Source of the DNA: Patescibacteria group bacterium
Lineage (GTDB): Bacteria > Patescibacteriota > Microgenomatia > UBA1400 > PJMF01
Direction of reading: 5' to 3'
Assembly: GCA_016861205.1 (NCBI GenBank)
Contig: BOKX01000001.1
Location: forward strand, 456,539-520,538
DNA: 64,000 nucleotides
Made by a program: the position numbers and the translations under genes
Shown: piece after piece, positions 19,714 through 29,884 of the stretch
Layout: each line of letters begins with the position of its first letter
Numbering within the stretch: position 1 is the stretch's first letter
Notes under the pieces: generated by a model
Databases searched by the model: none
Seen by the model: the letters and a program-made list of their open reading frames with translations, nothing else
Told to the model about the DNA's origin: nothing

Positions 19714-19743
19714 TTGATTTTACCTGGTTACATGGTAAAATCA
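19714..19743 (+). promoter_or_regulatory. Putative promoter of the polysaccharide locus overlapped by a 10-bp inverted repeat (operator-like)
   Basis: TTGATT (19714) and TGGTAAAAT (19733-19741); TGATTTTACC-N9-GGTAAAATCA. Confidence 0.5.
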
Positions 19744-19781
19744 CTCGTCTATTCGTTATAGGACTTAATTAGTTAGATTAA

Positions 19782-22700
19782 TTGAATACATCGCATTATA
19801 TTTCAACTGTGTCAGCCGGAACTTCCCCCCCACGAGCATTTCCCAAAATCGACATCATTATCCCGGTCAAGAATGAGGCGGCTAATTTGTCACCGCTGAT
19901 GGCGCGATTAGACACCAGTTTGCGAACAGCTCATATCAAGTATCAAGCCATCATTGTTGATGATCACTCCACCGATGATACTCGAGTAATTGCCAAAAAA
20001 TTAGCTCAAAAGTACCCGATAAAAGTCCTCACTAAAAAAGGCAAACCTGGAAAAGCCTACTCCATTCTCGAGGGAGCGAAAGCCGCTACCAGTGAGTGGC
20101 TAGTCATGATCGATGGTGACTTGCAGTACCCACCGGAAGCCATTCCTGACATGGTAAAACTGATTGACCAACACGGAGTGGTTGTCGCCCGTCGAATCAG
20201 TTATGAGGGCTCGCGACTCCGTCGACTTGGCAGCCGAGCAGTGGCTTGGTTCACCGGTCAGTTTCTACATGGAATTAAGGTCGACGTTCAATCAGGTCTG
20301 AAAATCTTTAAAAAAGATTTCTTGAATTACTTACCTGAAAATGAAGTGACCCCTTGGGCACTAGACCTGCCACTCTTACATGCAGCCCTAGAACTGGGTT
20401 ACACCTTGGGTGAAGTCGAGATTACTTTTGAAAAACGGATTCACGGTAGCTCGAAACTTAGCTTGCTAAAACCAACTTTCGAAATCGGCATGGCCGCTGT
20501 AAAACTTAAACTACGGTCAAGTCAACCGATCCCCATCCCGGCCCACAGTCACCAAAACATGATTGGTGCGGGATTAATTCACCGTCGACGCCAGTTTATT
20601 ACCCACAGCACACTTCACCACCGTCAAACCGCGCTCCACACTATTACTCGTAATCAACGCCGCTTGATTTTAGCAATTTTGGCCTCAGTGGCTGTTGGGA
20701 TCTTTTTGAATCCATTGGAAACGGCGATCGTGGTCGTAGCGTTTCTGAGTTTTGTGTACTTTGTAGATGTGATTTTCAACTTTTTCTTGATCCTGAAGAG
20801 CTTACACTCTCCACCAGAACTGGAGTTCTCAACAACTGAAATCAGCGAACTAAACGATAAAGACCTACCGATTTACACCATTCTTTGTCCGCTCTACAAA
20901 GAGGCTCACATTTTGCCTGGCTTCGTAGCAGCAATGGAGAAGCTTGACTGGCCAAAACACAAGCTCGACGTCATCCTGCTGTTTGAAGAAGACGACCTAG
21001 AAACGATCGAAACCGTTAAAACCATGAAGCTGCCCAAGCATTTCCGAGTTGCCATCGTGCCTGATTCACAACCCAAGACCAAACCGAAAGCGTGTAACTA
21101 TGGTCTCAACTTAGCAAAGGGTGAGTATGTCGTCATCTATGACGCTGAGGATATTCCTGAACCAGCTCAGCTCAAAAAAGCCTATCTAGGTTTTCAAACC
21201 GTTGGTCCAAAAGTGAAGTGTCTACAAGCTAAACTCAATTACTACAATCCAAACCAAAACTGGCTAACACGCTTTTTCACGGCTGAGTATTCACTCTGGT
21301 TTGATGTGATTCTGACTGGCTTGCAATCTATTGAGACTAACATTCCTTTAGGTGGCACCAGTAATCACTTCCGGACCACTGATTTACTCGCCCTCCAAGG
21401 TTGGGATCCATTCAACGTTACTGAAGACTGTGATCTCGGTATTCGTTTGTTCAAGGCAGGCAACAAAACGGCGATCATCGACTCAACCACATTGGAAGAA
21501 GCGAATAGCAACTTCAAAAACTGGATTCGCCAACGCTCCCGCTGGATTAAAGGGTACATGCAAACCTACTTAATCCACATGCGTCAGCCACAAGAGTTTG
21601 TGCGTACTCAGGGTTGGCACGCCCTCTTATTCCAGCTAACCATTGGTGGCAAACTCGCCTTCATTTTGATCAACCCCCTTCTGTGGGTCTTGACCATTTC
21701 TTACTTTGCGCTCTATGCCTATGTTGGGCCAACAATCGAGGCACTATACCCCAGCGTTGTGTTCTACATGGCTGTCACTTCACTTATTTTTGGTAACTTC
21801 ATGTTTATTTACTACTACATGATCGGCTGTGCCAAGCGAGAACACTGGGGCCTTATTAAGTGGGTATACCTAATTCCTTTCTACTGGCTGATGGTAAGTA
21901 TTGCCGGCGCCATCGCTTTGTATCAGTTGATTGTCAAACCACATTACTGGGAAAAAACGGTGCACGGGTTGCATTTGAAGAAAGCGAGTCTCGCCAAAAA
22001 AGCGAGTAAAGTTGCCAAAAAAACTACCCATCAGGTCATGGTTGAAGCCATCGCACAAGAGAAGCCAAGTATCACTGGTCGGCTGCACATTTTTGGATAC
22101 TCTGATTTCAAAAACAAGTGGCTGGAACGTTTAGAACTGAAGCATAAGTACGTTTCGTTAAAACGACTTGTTCACCAACTCTTGTTTGGCGAGTATCGGG
22201 GTGGTTTGTGGTTAGTGTTAGCTACTGTCATTGCGAACTTCCTCAATATGTTGACGAGCTTTTATCTCGGTCATGAACTAGAGTTTTCTGACTTTGCATT
22301 GATCAATACCTTTATAAGCTTACTCTATCTCTTGGGCATTTTAACAAGTTCACTCTCGGCGACTGTTAACCATCGCGCAGCGTTACTGCTCGGTAAGTTT
22401 AAGCAAAAAAGTGCACGTAACTTTTGGACACACGTTCAAAAAAGAGCAGTTATTGTGGCTATCTTGATGTCTCTTTTGTGGTTGGTGAACATTCCTTGGT
22501 TGACTAACTTCTTTAACATGAGTACCCCATTACCTCTCATCATTTTTACACCACTGATCTTCAGTGGTCTGCTAGGAGCAGTGAATGAGGGATACCTTCG
22601 TGGTCGTCTGCTGTTTGAAGTTTTGGCTATCACCACTTTGATCGACCCAATTGTCCGCTTGGGTCTCAGCTTGCTATTCGATGCGGTAAACCTGGAATAC

Positions 22701-24647
22701 TATATGTATGTACCCGTGATGATCTCCGCAATCACGGCTACAGTAATTGGTGGTTGGTACGCAGCCAAAGGCGACACTGGCGTTAAAATCATTAAAGAGT
22801 TTCGATTATCACTCCCATTCTTTAACACTGCGTTGATTTCCAAGTTATCTGCTATCGCGTTTTTTAGTCTCGACAACGTCATTGTGGCTCATTACCTCTC
22901 AACGGAAGAAACAGGTATGTATGGACTGCTGGGTTTGATCGGTAAAATGATTTTCTTTGCCGGGAGTTTGACGGTCGGATTTATTCTGCCGCTAGTTTCG
23001 CATAAAGAAGGTCAACATCAAAAAAGTGAAGCTGTCTTCCACAAACTGCTCCTCTTAACAGTCAGTTTAAGTTCTCTAGCATACATTGCGCTGGGCTTAG
23101 TCTTGCCGTCGATAGCTCCTTACTTCTTTGGCTTAAAACTGAATGCGATTAGAGGCTATCTGCCACTGTATGCACTTGGTATTTTGCTCTACACCATCTC
23201 CCAAACAGTTGTTCAATATCGGCTGGCAAAGCGATCTTACTTTTTCTCCATCGCCTCGTTTTTAGTAGCTATTATTCAGGTGGCAGGCTTGACCATTTAT
23301 CACAACTCACTGACTCAAATAGTGAATGTAATGTTTGTGAGTGGTTTACTCAATGCAGTTGTCCTATTTTCCTTGCATCACTGGTACCACAAAATTGAAG
23401 CCCCATTAAGTAATGTACGAGATTTTCTGGACTTATTTAATCCCATCCCACGTTTGACTCGACCTTTAGAGACCAAGGATCACTACCGGATTTTGATCCT
23501 TAACTGGCGAGATACCAAACATGCTTGGGCTGGCGGAGCCGAAAAGTACATCCACGAAGTCGCTACCCGGTTGGCCGCTGCTGGGCATAAAGTAACAATG
23601 TTTACGGGAAATGATGGCCATCATCCCCGCAACGAGGTTGTTGATGGTGTTCAAGTGGTCCGTCGTGGTGGTTTTTACACCGTGTACATTTGGGCATTCC
23701 TGTACTATGTCCTCCGGTTTAGACCATATGTTGACATCGTGATTGACTGTGAAAACGGCATCCCATTTCTCACACCCTTATATGTTCGCAAACCCATCTT
23801 GTTGCTGATTCATCACATTCACCAAGAAGTCTTTATGACTCACCTGCGGTTTCCTTTTTCCGAAATCGCCGCCCTGATTGAAAGTGACCTGATGCCATTT
23901 TTGTATAAGCACAAAACGCTGATCACGGTTTCCGAATCATCGAAAGATGAAATGATTGGGTTGGGACTAGGTAATACTCAAACGGTTAAGGTCGTTAACC
24001 CTGGCATCGACACCCACCTTTTCACTAAAAAACGAAAGACCAGCCAGCCATCGCTAGTGTACCTGGGCCGGCTGAAACCATACAAACAAATTGATGTGGC
24101 CATAAAAGCCTTTGCCAAAGTCATAGCTGATCATCCGACAGCCACGTTCACGATCGCTGGAAGTGGTGAGTCACTGGAATCACTTCAGCAACTCTGCCAA
24201 AAACTAGGCTTAACATCCCACGTGACGTTCAAACCCTCGGTAACTGACGAAGAAAAAGCCAAACTATTTGCTGAAAGTTGGGTGGCAGTGCAGCCATCAA
24301 CAATTGAAGGTTGGGGCATTACTGTCATTGAGGCAAATGCGGCAGGAACACCAGTAGTTGCATCTAATGTTAAGGGTCTTCGCGACTCTGTAGTTGATGG
24401 CAAAACAGGCATCCTGGTCAAAGCTGGGCAAGTCAGTGAGTTTGCTGCAGCAATCAACAAACTGTTTAGCAATACAAAATTCAGAGCATCACTGTCTCGT
24501 GAAGCCGTGAACTGGGCCAAACACTTTGATTGGAATGTTAGTTACAATAATTTTAATCACATACTCGATGAAACAATTCAGAAGCATCAAACCCATCACA
24601 ATAACGCCTATTCTAAGGAGGTCTATGACCAAAAAATCACTCGCTGA
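19782..24647 (+). CDS. 1621-aa fusion: GT2 (polyprenol-P-sugar synthase-like) + processive membrane GT2 + Wzx-like flippase + GT4
   Basis: IPVKNE..VDDHSTD..IDGDLQYPPE; PLYKE..TKPKACN..YDAED..VTEDCD..QRSRWIKG; a ~12-TM block from about aa 810; RDTKHAWAGGAE..EGWGITVIEANAAGTPVV. Confidence 0.88.
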   Translation: MNTSHYISTVSAGTSPPRAFPKIDIIIPVKNEAANLSPLMARLDTSLRTAHIKYQAIIVDDHSTDDTRVIAKKLAQKYPIKVLTKKGKPGKAYSILEGAKAATSEWLVMIDGDLQYPPEAIPDMVKLIDQHGVVVARRISYEGSRLRRLGSRAVAWFTGQFLHGIKVDVQSGLKIFKKDFLNYLPENEVTPWALDLPLLHAALELGYTLGEVEITFEKRIHGSSKLSLLKPTFEIGMAAVKLKLRSSQPIPIPAHSHQNMIGAGLIHRRRQFITHSTLHHRQTALHTITRNQRRLILAILASVAVGIFLNPLETAIVVVAFLSFVYFVDVIFNFFLILKSLHSPPELEFSTTEISELNDKDLPIYTILCPLYKEAHILPGFVAAMEKLDWPKHKLDVILLFEEDDLETIETVKTMKLPKHFRVAIVPDSQPKTKPKACNYGLNLAKGEYVVIYDAEDIPEPAQLKKAYLGFQTVGPKVKCLQAKLNYYNPNQNWLTRFFTAEYSLWFDVILTGLQSIETNIPLGGTSNHFRTTDLLALQGWDPFNVTEDCDLGIRLFKAGNKTAIIDSTTLEEANSNFKNWIRQRSRWIKGYMQTYLIHMRQPQEFVRTQGWHALLFQLTIGGKLAFILINPLLWVLTISYFALYAYVGPTIEALYPSVVFYMAVTSLIFGNFMFIYYYMIGCAKREHWGLIKWVYLIPFYWLMVSIAGAIALYQLIVKPHYWEKTVHGLHLKKASLAKKASKVAKKTTHQVMVEAIAQEKPSITGRLHIFGYSDFKNKWLERLELKHKYVSLKRLVHQLLFGEYRGGLWLVLATVIANFLNMLTSFYLGHELEFSDFALINTFISLLYLLGILTSSLSATVNHRAALLLGKFKQKSARNFWTHVQKRAVIVAILMSLLWLVNIPWLTNFFNMSTPLPLIIFTPLIFSGLLGAVNEGYLRGRLLFEVLAITTLIDPIVRLGLSLLFDAVNLEYYMYVPVMISAITATVIGGWYAAKGDTGVKIIKEFRLSLPFFNTALISKLSAIAFFSLDNVIVAHYLSTEETGMYGLLGLIGKMIFFAGSLTVGFILPLVSHKEGQHQKSEAVFHKLLLLTVSLSSLAYIALGLVLPSIAPYFFGLKLNAIRGYLPLYALGILLYTISQTVVQYRLAKRSYFFSIASFLVAIIQVAGLTIYHNSLTQIVNVMFVSGLLNAVVLFSLHHWYHKIEAPLSNVRDFLDLFNPIPRLTRPLETKDHYRILILNWRDTKHAWAGGAEKYIHEVATRLAAAGHKVTMFTGNDGHHPRNEVVDGVQVVRRGGFYTVYIWAFLYYVLRFRPYVDIVIDCENGIPFLTPLYVRKPILLLIHHIHQEVFMTHLRFPFSEIAALIESDLMPFLYKHKTLITVSESSKDEMIGLGLGNTQTVKVVNPGIDTHLFTKKRKTSQPSLVYLGRLKPYKQIDVAIKAFAKVIADHPTATFTIAGSGESLESLQQLCQKLGLTSHVTFKPSVTDEEKAKLFAESWVAVQPSTIEGWGITVIEANAAGTPVVASNVKGLRDSVVDGKTGILVKAGQVSEFAAAINKLFSNTKFRASLSREAVNWAKHFDWNVSYNNFNHILDETIQKHQTHHNNAYSKEVYDQKITR

Positions 24648-25350
24648 ACAAGCCAAAGATTTAGCAATCAAAATAGTGAGCCAACTTAGAGCTCCTATCA
24701 TGCGGGCAGTTAAACCAAACTCAAAGTATTGGCTTGCGACCCGATCACTGGAGCCACTCAGTATGAAGTTTGGCTTTGATCGGGGAACCCCAATTGACCG
24801 ATTTTGGATGAATGACTTTTTGACCAAAAATCAGAGCTTGATCAAAGGTCACTGCTTAGAAGTGACTGATGATGCATATCTCGTTCAGTACGGGGGTAAA
24901 AAGGTCACCAAAACGGATGTGCTTGACATCGACCGAAAAAATAAAAAAGCCACTATTTATGGTGACATCCAAAACTTAGACATGATCAAAGATGATACTT
25001 ACGACTGTATCATCCTCACTAATGTCTTGGGTATTATCCCAGACTACGAAGCCGCTGTCCGCGAGTGCCACCGCATTTTAAAACCAGGCGGAACTTTGCT
25101 GTTAACTGTCTCGTCGTTCAGTCCGACCCGTGACTTGGAGGCAAACTTGTGGCGCTTTACGGTCACCTCGGCCAAGTTTGTTTTTGGCAAGTATTTTTCA
25201 CCCAAAAAACTGGATATCCAGTCATATGGCAACGTCTTAACAGGGCAGTGTTTCTGGGTAGGAATGTCACAAGAAGAACTCACTCTTGAAGAGTTGTCGT
25301 ACCAAGATCCACGCTTCTCATGTTTGGTGGCGGTGAAGGCCACAAAGTAA
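24625..25350 (+). CDS. Class I SAM-dependent methyltransferase
   Basis: FDRGTPIDRF, YDCII..V, HRILKPGGTLL; AAGGAGG upstream of ATG 24625. Confidence 0.85.
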   Translation: MTKKSLAEQAKDLAIKIVSQLRAPIMRAVKPNSKYWLATRSLEPLSMKFGFDRGTPIDRFWMNDFLTKNQSLIKGHCLEVTDDAYLVQYGGKKVTKTDVLDIDRKNKKATIYGDIQNLDMIKDDTYDCIILTNVLGIIPDYEAAVRECHRILKPGGTLLLTVSSFSPTRDLEANLWRFTVTSAKFVFGKYFSPKKLDIQSYGNVLTGQCFWVGMSQEELTLEELSYQDPRFSCLVAVKATK

Positions 25351-25354
25351 AACT

Positions 25355-26278
25355 ATGTCTCGTGCTACTTGCCAGCCCACTATCTCAATCGGTATCCCTG
25401 CTTTTAACGAAGCTGCAAATATTAAGCAGTTGGTAGTAAGTTTGTTACGACAAAAGCAATCCGGTTTTACTGTGACCGAGATCATTGTGGCTTCAGATGG
25501 TAGTACTGATCAGACCGTTTCGATTTTAAAGAGTTTAAATGAGCCGAAAGTGGTGATTTTGGATAACAAAGATCGCAAAGGACAGGCGGCTCGTCAAAAT
25601 CAAATTCTCAAAAAAGTTTCCAGTGATGTGCTGGTGTTGATTAATGCCGATGTAGTCATCGATGATCCAAACTTTTTAACATGCATCGCGGAACCAATTT
25701 TGACTGCAAACGCAGATCTCGTTTCAACCTCGATTAGTACAGTTCCAAGCGAGACGTTCGTGGGTCAAACTCTTAACTACAGTTTAGAAATGAAGAACCG
25801 CGCCTTTGAAAGTTACCAGCATGGTCAAAATATCTATACCTGTCATGGTGCGGCAAGAGCCTTTTCCCGCAAACTGTATCGACACTTTGAGTTTCAGGCT
25901 AGTGTCGGTGAAGATGCCTACTCATACCTGTACTGCGTGATCAACGATTACAAGTATGTTTTCACCTCTCGAACTGTAGTCAAAATTAAGTCACCAGTCA
26001 CAATCAAGGATCACCAACATCAAAGCGTTCGATTCTTTCAAACTGATCGCAAACTCAAACAGTACTTTGCGACAAACGTTCTCCAAAAAGCCTATCACCT
26101 GCCGCTGCAGTTTATGATTGCGTCCTACAGTAAGTTCTTATGGACTCATCCACTACATGCCGGCGCCTATGGGCTGATAGTCATGTTCATGAAGTTGCAG
26201 TCATATCGGCTGGACTTAACAAGTAACACCTGGGCAATTGCTCACAGTTCAAAAAATAAACTAACGCCAACTATTTAG
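25355..26278 (+). CDS. Glycosyltransferase family 2
   Basis: IGIPAFNE, ASDGSTDQT, INAD, GED. Confidence 0.9.
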   Translation: MSRATCQPTISIGIPAFNEAANIKQLVVSLLRQKQSGFTVTEIIVASDGSTDQTVSILKSLNEPKVVILDNKDRKGQAARQNQILKKVSSDVLVLINADVVIDDPNFLTCIAEPILTANADLVSTSISTVPSETFVGQTLNYSLEMKNRAFESYQHGQNIYTCHGAARAFSRKLYRHFEFQASVGEDAYSYLYCVINDYKYVFTSRTVVKIKSPVTIKDHQHQSVRFFQTDRKLKQYFATNVLQKAYHLPLQFMIASYSKFLWTHPLHAGAYGLIVMFMKLQSYRLDLTSNTWAIAHSSKNKLTPTI

Positions 26279-26279
26279 T

Positions 26280-27089
26280 ATGTCACTATTTTCATTCACT
26301 ACCAGCATTCGCAGGCGTATCTACCTAACTCTTGGTTGGTTTGATCGAATTGGTCATCGGAAAACCCCACTCGCAGTTCTTTGTTATCACAGTTTGAACA
26401 CTGATACCTGGCGATTCAGTATCGATGTGTCTGAGTTTGAAGCGCAAGTTACGTGGCTACAACAAGAGTTTGAGATCATTGATTTTAAAACGTTTCAGAA
26501 CTACTTAGCTGGGCGAGTTCAGCTGAGTCGACCATCTGTTTTGTTAACCTTTGATGATGGGTATCAAAACGTACTGACAGCGGTTCCATTTCTTGCCAAG
26601 CTAGGTATCAAACCTGTCATGTTTGTATTGGCTGAAACCAACCAGGCCAATCGACCAGAACTGGGTAGCTCTCTTCCGTTGATGACACCTGCGCACCTGA
26701 AACAACTCATCAAAAATGGTTGGGAAGTAGGGTGTCACAGCGCAACCCATGCCGATTTTTGGTCTTTGACACCACATGAGGTAGACCGTCAGGTACAACA
26801 AGCTAAAAAGCTACTTGAGAAACAGATCGGTCACCAAGTACGTGCTTTCGCCTATCCAAAAGGTCGTTACACACCAGCCATACTTTCAATGATGAAAAAA
26901 GCTTCTTTTTCATTTGGTTTCACCATGGACGACGGTGCTGTGAGTCCTGGACTCGATACAGTTCGGATTCCCAGAATTGGTGTTGACCGCACACACACGC
27001 TTAGCGAGTTTAAAACTCTAATGTCACCAAGCAATATTTGGTTCCGAAAGATTATTAAAAACTCACCGATAGGCAGATACATCCAATGA
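26280..27089 (+). CDS. Polysaccharide deacetylase (CE4, IcaB/PgaB-like)
   Basis: LCYH, LTFDDGY, GCHSATH, FAYPKG, IPRI. Confidence 0.92.
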   Translation: MSLFSFTTSIRRRIYLTLGWFDRIGHRKTPLAVLCYHSLNTDTWRFSIDVSEFEAQVTWLQQEFEIIDFKTFQNYLAGRVQLSRPSVLLTFDDGYQNVLTAVPFLAKLGIKPVMFVLAETNQANRPELGSSLPLMTPAHLKQLIKNGWEVGCHSATHADFWSLTPHEVDRQVQQAKKLLEKQIGHQVRAFAYPKGRYTPAILSMMKKASFSFGFTMDDGAVSPGLDTVRIPRIGVDRTHTLSEFKTLMSPSNIWFRKIIKNSPIGRYIQ

Positions 27090-28285
27090 AAAAGAACCTC
27101 GGCTCAATAGCTATCATTACCAAGTACTTTTGGCCTGTGGCGGCTGGAATTGAGACGAACATTTTAGAGACATATGCTTCACTGGTCAAAACCGGTTGGG
27201 ATGTAAGTGCGTACACTACCAAAAATAGTTTGACAGCTAGCAATGCACATCCCCAAGCTGAGGAAACAGTCCGAGGTATCAAAGTTCATCGAGTCACCTG
27301 GTTGCCATTGCTCGGATACTGGCCAAACATCAATCTCAACCAAACAGATCTGGTTTGTCTCCATAACTTTAACGTGGTACCTCACTTTTGGTTCATGGCT
27401 CTTACGGGTATTTTGAAAATGTTGGGCCGTAAAAAGTACGCTCTCATTTTGACCCCGCACGGCGGTTACAACCCTGAGTGGCGTATTTTCCGAGAACCTC
27501 AACGCTCAATCAAACAGTGGTATCACCGCGTCATCGGCACATTTATGATTAATGCTACAGTGGATGCGGTACGAGCAGTATCAGAATGGGAGAGACAAGA
27601 GATGATCGCTTCGGGACTCAAACCTGAACTCATCACTGTCATCCATAATGGGATAGAGAATCAAGCTTTCGCAGATAATGAAAAAGAAGTTTCCCCAGAA
27701 TTTAAAAAACGAGTGACACAGCTTGGTCGCTACTTGATTCAAATTGGCCGTATTCATACTATTAAAAATTACGAAACTACTATTAAAGCTTTAGCACAGT
27801 TACCCAAGGATATAAAATTTGTGATTGCCGGACCAGTTGGTGAGGAGTGGTACTTAGCTAAACTGCATCAGCTCATTAGTAAACACAATCTAGAAGGACG
27901 AGTCATTTTTTGGGGTGTTGTACGCGGAGCCGAAAAGTACTATCTCATTAAACACGCCCAGATGATGGTTCACATGGCGATGTGGGAAAGCTACTGCAAT
28001 GTAGTCCATGAAGGTATGAGCCAGGGTTTAGTGTGTTTAGTAGCCAACAACACCGCCTTACCATTGTTGATTAAAGACGGCGTGAACGGGTATTGCCTAC
28101 CGACTAAAAATGTCAAAACCTTGGTTGCCAAAATCAAGTATGTGCTTGATCCTAAACAGACGGCTGTCATGAAGAAAATTGGCCGGTACAATAAGACCCA
28201 CGTCACGGAGCACTCATGGGAAAACGTCGCCAAAAAAGTAAACGAGCTTTATCAAGAACAACTAATCAAGAGACGCGGCAAGTAA
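27086..28285 (+). CDS. Glycosyltransferase family 4
   Basis: AGIE, IGRIHTIKN, ESYCNVVHEGMSQG (Ex7E), IKDGVNG. Confidence 0.9.
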   Translation: MKKNLGSIAIITKYFWPVAAGIETNILETYASLVKTGWDVSAYTTKNSLTASNAHPQAEETVRGIKVHRVTWLPLLGYWPNINLNQTDLVCLHNFNVVPHFWFMALTGILKMLGRKKYALILTPHGGYNPEWRIFREPQRSIKQWYHRVIGTFMINATVDAVRAVSEWERQEMIASGLKPELITVIHNGIENQAFADNEKEVSPEFKKRVTQLGRYLIQIGRIHTIKNYETTIKALAQLPKDIKFVIAGPVGEEWYLAKLHQLISKHNLEGRVIFWGVVRGAEKYYLIKHAQMMVHMAMWESYCNVVHEGMSQGLVCLVANNTALPLLIKDGVNGYCLPTKNVKTLVAKIKYVLDPKQTAVMKKIGRYNKTHVTEHSWENVAKKVNELYQEQLIKRRGK

Positions 28286-28287
28286 GT

Positions 28288-29883
28288 ATGCGAAAAAGCA
28301 TCGGTACCATCACCACTGTGGTCGGAGCGCTAGTACTCATAGTACTAGCGGCTTTGGCGATCAGCACCTTTATCAAGGGTGACTACATCAATGGCCATTT
28401 TGTAAATCAAACCTCGTTTGACACGTCAATTGGTGGTCCCTTTGAACTCACCAACAGTACCTCACGCTACGTCTTAACACAAGCAATGGTTGATAACCAT
28501 AGTTTTGCCCTCACTGACAGTCAAGCTCGCTATGCCAGCCCTGACTTGGTGAAGTTTAAAGATACCTATCTATCTATTTTCACACCTGGTATTTCTCTAC
28601 TGGGGATACCTCTTTACTGGCTCGGTAAGAGTTGGGGTGTACCACAATTGTTAACGTATCTCCTCAATCCGGTGGTCCTGTTACTCGACATTGGCTTAGT
28701 GGCACTCGTGTCGCGAAAACTGGGTTCATCACCAAAACTGGCCATCATGAGTGGACTCATCTTTGCTTTCGCCACCAATGCACTAGTCTATGCCAACACA
28801 TACACCCAGCACGTCGTCACAGTGGCCTTGATTTGTGCCAGCTTACTTTTAGCAGTGTCCAAACTACGTTGGTGGCAGAGGGTTTTGCTTGGCGTTGTAT
28901 ATGGAGCAGCGGTGTTGGTAGATATACCGAACGCTTTTATGCTGCTTCCACCAGTTTTAGTGGCAATCTTCAAAGATGTTGAACTCACTACCATCAAAGA
29001 TCGCGTTAAACTCCAGCTACCGCTGACCGGTGTTTGGCTCTTAATTGGGGTTTTGCCATTCCTCGTACTCTTTGGCTATTACAACTATCAGCTAACCGGT
29101 TCGTACTTCACCCTTGGTCAGTTTATTGGTCGATATGACTACCCAGACACCAATCCAACTGTCAAAACAGCTGAAACCAAAGCCGCTGAGTTGCTCCAAA
29201 CTGCTACCCCATCGGCTAAGTTACCGGAACTTGGGTTTGGTCTCGATCTTCCATTCGAAAGCCGCTCACAACTTGAGGGTGCACACATCCTGTTAACTAG
29301 TCGTCAGCGCAGCTGGTGGTACTACTCACCGGTAGTGTGGCTGGGCGTACTCGGGCTTACTATCGCTTACCTCACCAGCACTACTAAAAAGACTGCAGTC
29401 ATGGTTATTAGTGTCATTGCCATTGATATTTTACTGTACTCAAGTTTTGGTGATCCCTGGGGTGGTTGGGCCTTTGGTCCCCGTTATTTGATCCCGGCTG
29501 CAGCACTACTTACTGCTGGAATCGGTACTGTAGCAACCTATTGTTTGCGACGTCGATGGCTCGGGCTCGGTTTAGCATTAGTCCTCGCTATGACTGTTGT
29601 GTTTAGTGTTTACACTAATGTGCTAGGCGGTGTCACAACTGCAGCTATTCCACCAAAAGGTGAAGCTGAAGCACTTCAGAATGATACACCTTGGACCACA
29701 CTCTACAATCAACGGCTTGTCACACAGAACCGCATCTCAAGCTTAGTATTTAATGAGTACCTGAAAGACATCGTTACTGGTCGGGAGTTCATTACATATC
29801 TGACTGCATTTTGTAGCAGTTTAATTGGAGTTATGTTTGTTTTAGGTTGGTGGGAAAACCGGAAAGTCGGCACCCAAAAATAG
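28288..29883 (+). CDS. Multi-pass membrane protein, probable GT-C glycosyltransferase
   Basis: More than 10 TMs; large first loop; late WGGWAFGPRYLIP motif. Confidence 0.65.
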   Translation: MRKSIGTITTVVGALVLIVLAALAISTFIKGDYINGHFVNQTSFDTSIGGPFELTNSTSRYVLTQAMVDNHSFALTDSQARYASPDLVKFKDTYLSIFTPGISLLGIPLYWLGKSWGVPQLLTYLLNPVVLLLDIGLVALVSRKLGSSPKLAIMSGLIFAFATNALVYANTYTQHVVTVALICASLLLAVSKLRWWQRVLLGVVYGAAVLVDIPNAFMLLPPVLVAIFKDVELTTIKDRVKLQLPLTGVWLLIGVLPFLVLFGYYNYQLTGSYFTLGQFIGRYDYPDTNPTVKTAETKAAELLQTATPSAKLPELGFGLDLPFESRSQLEGAHILLTSRQRSWWYYSPVVWLGVLGLTIAYLTSTTKKTAVMVISVIAIDILLYSSFGDPWGGWAFGPRYLIPAAALLTAGIGTVATYCLRRRWLGLGLALVLAMTVVFSVYTNVLGGVTTAAIPPKGEAEALQNDTPWTTLYNQRLVTQNRISSLVFNEYLKDIVTGREFITYLTAFCSSLIGVMFVLGWWENRKVGTQK

Positions 29884-29884
29884 T

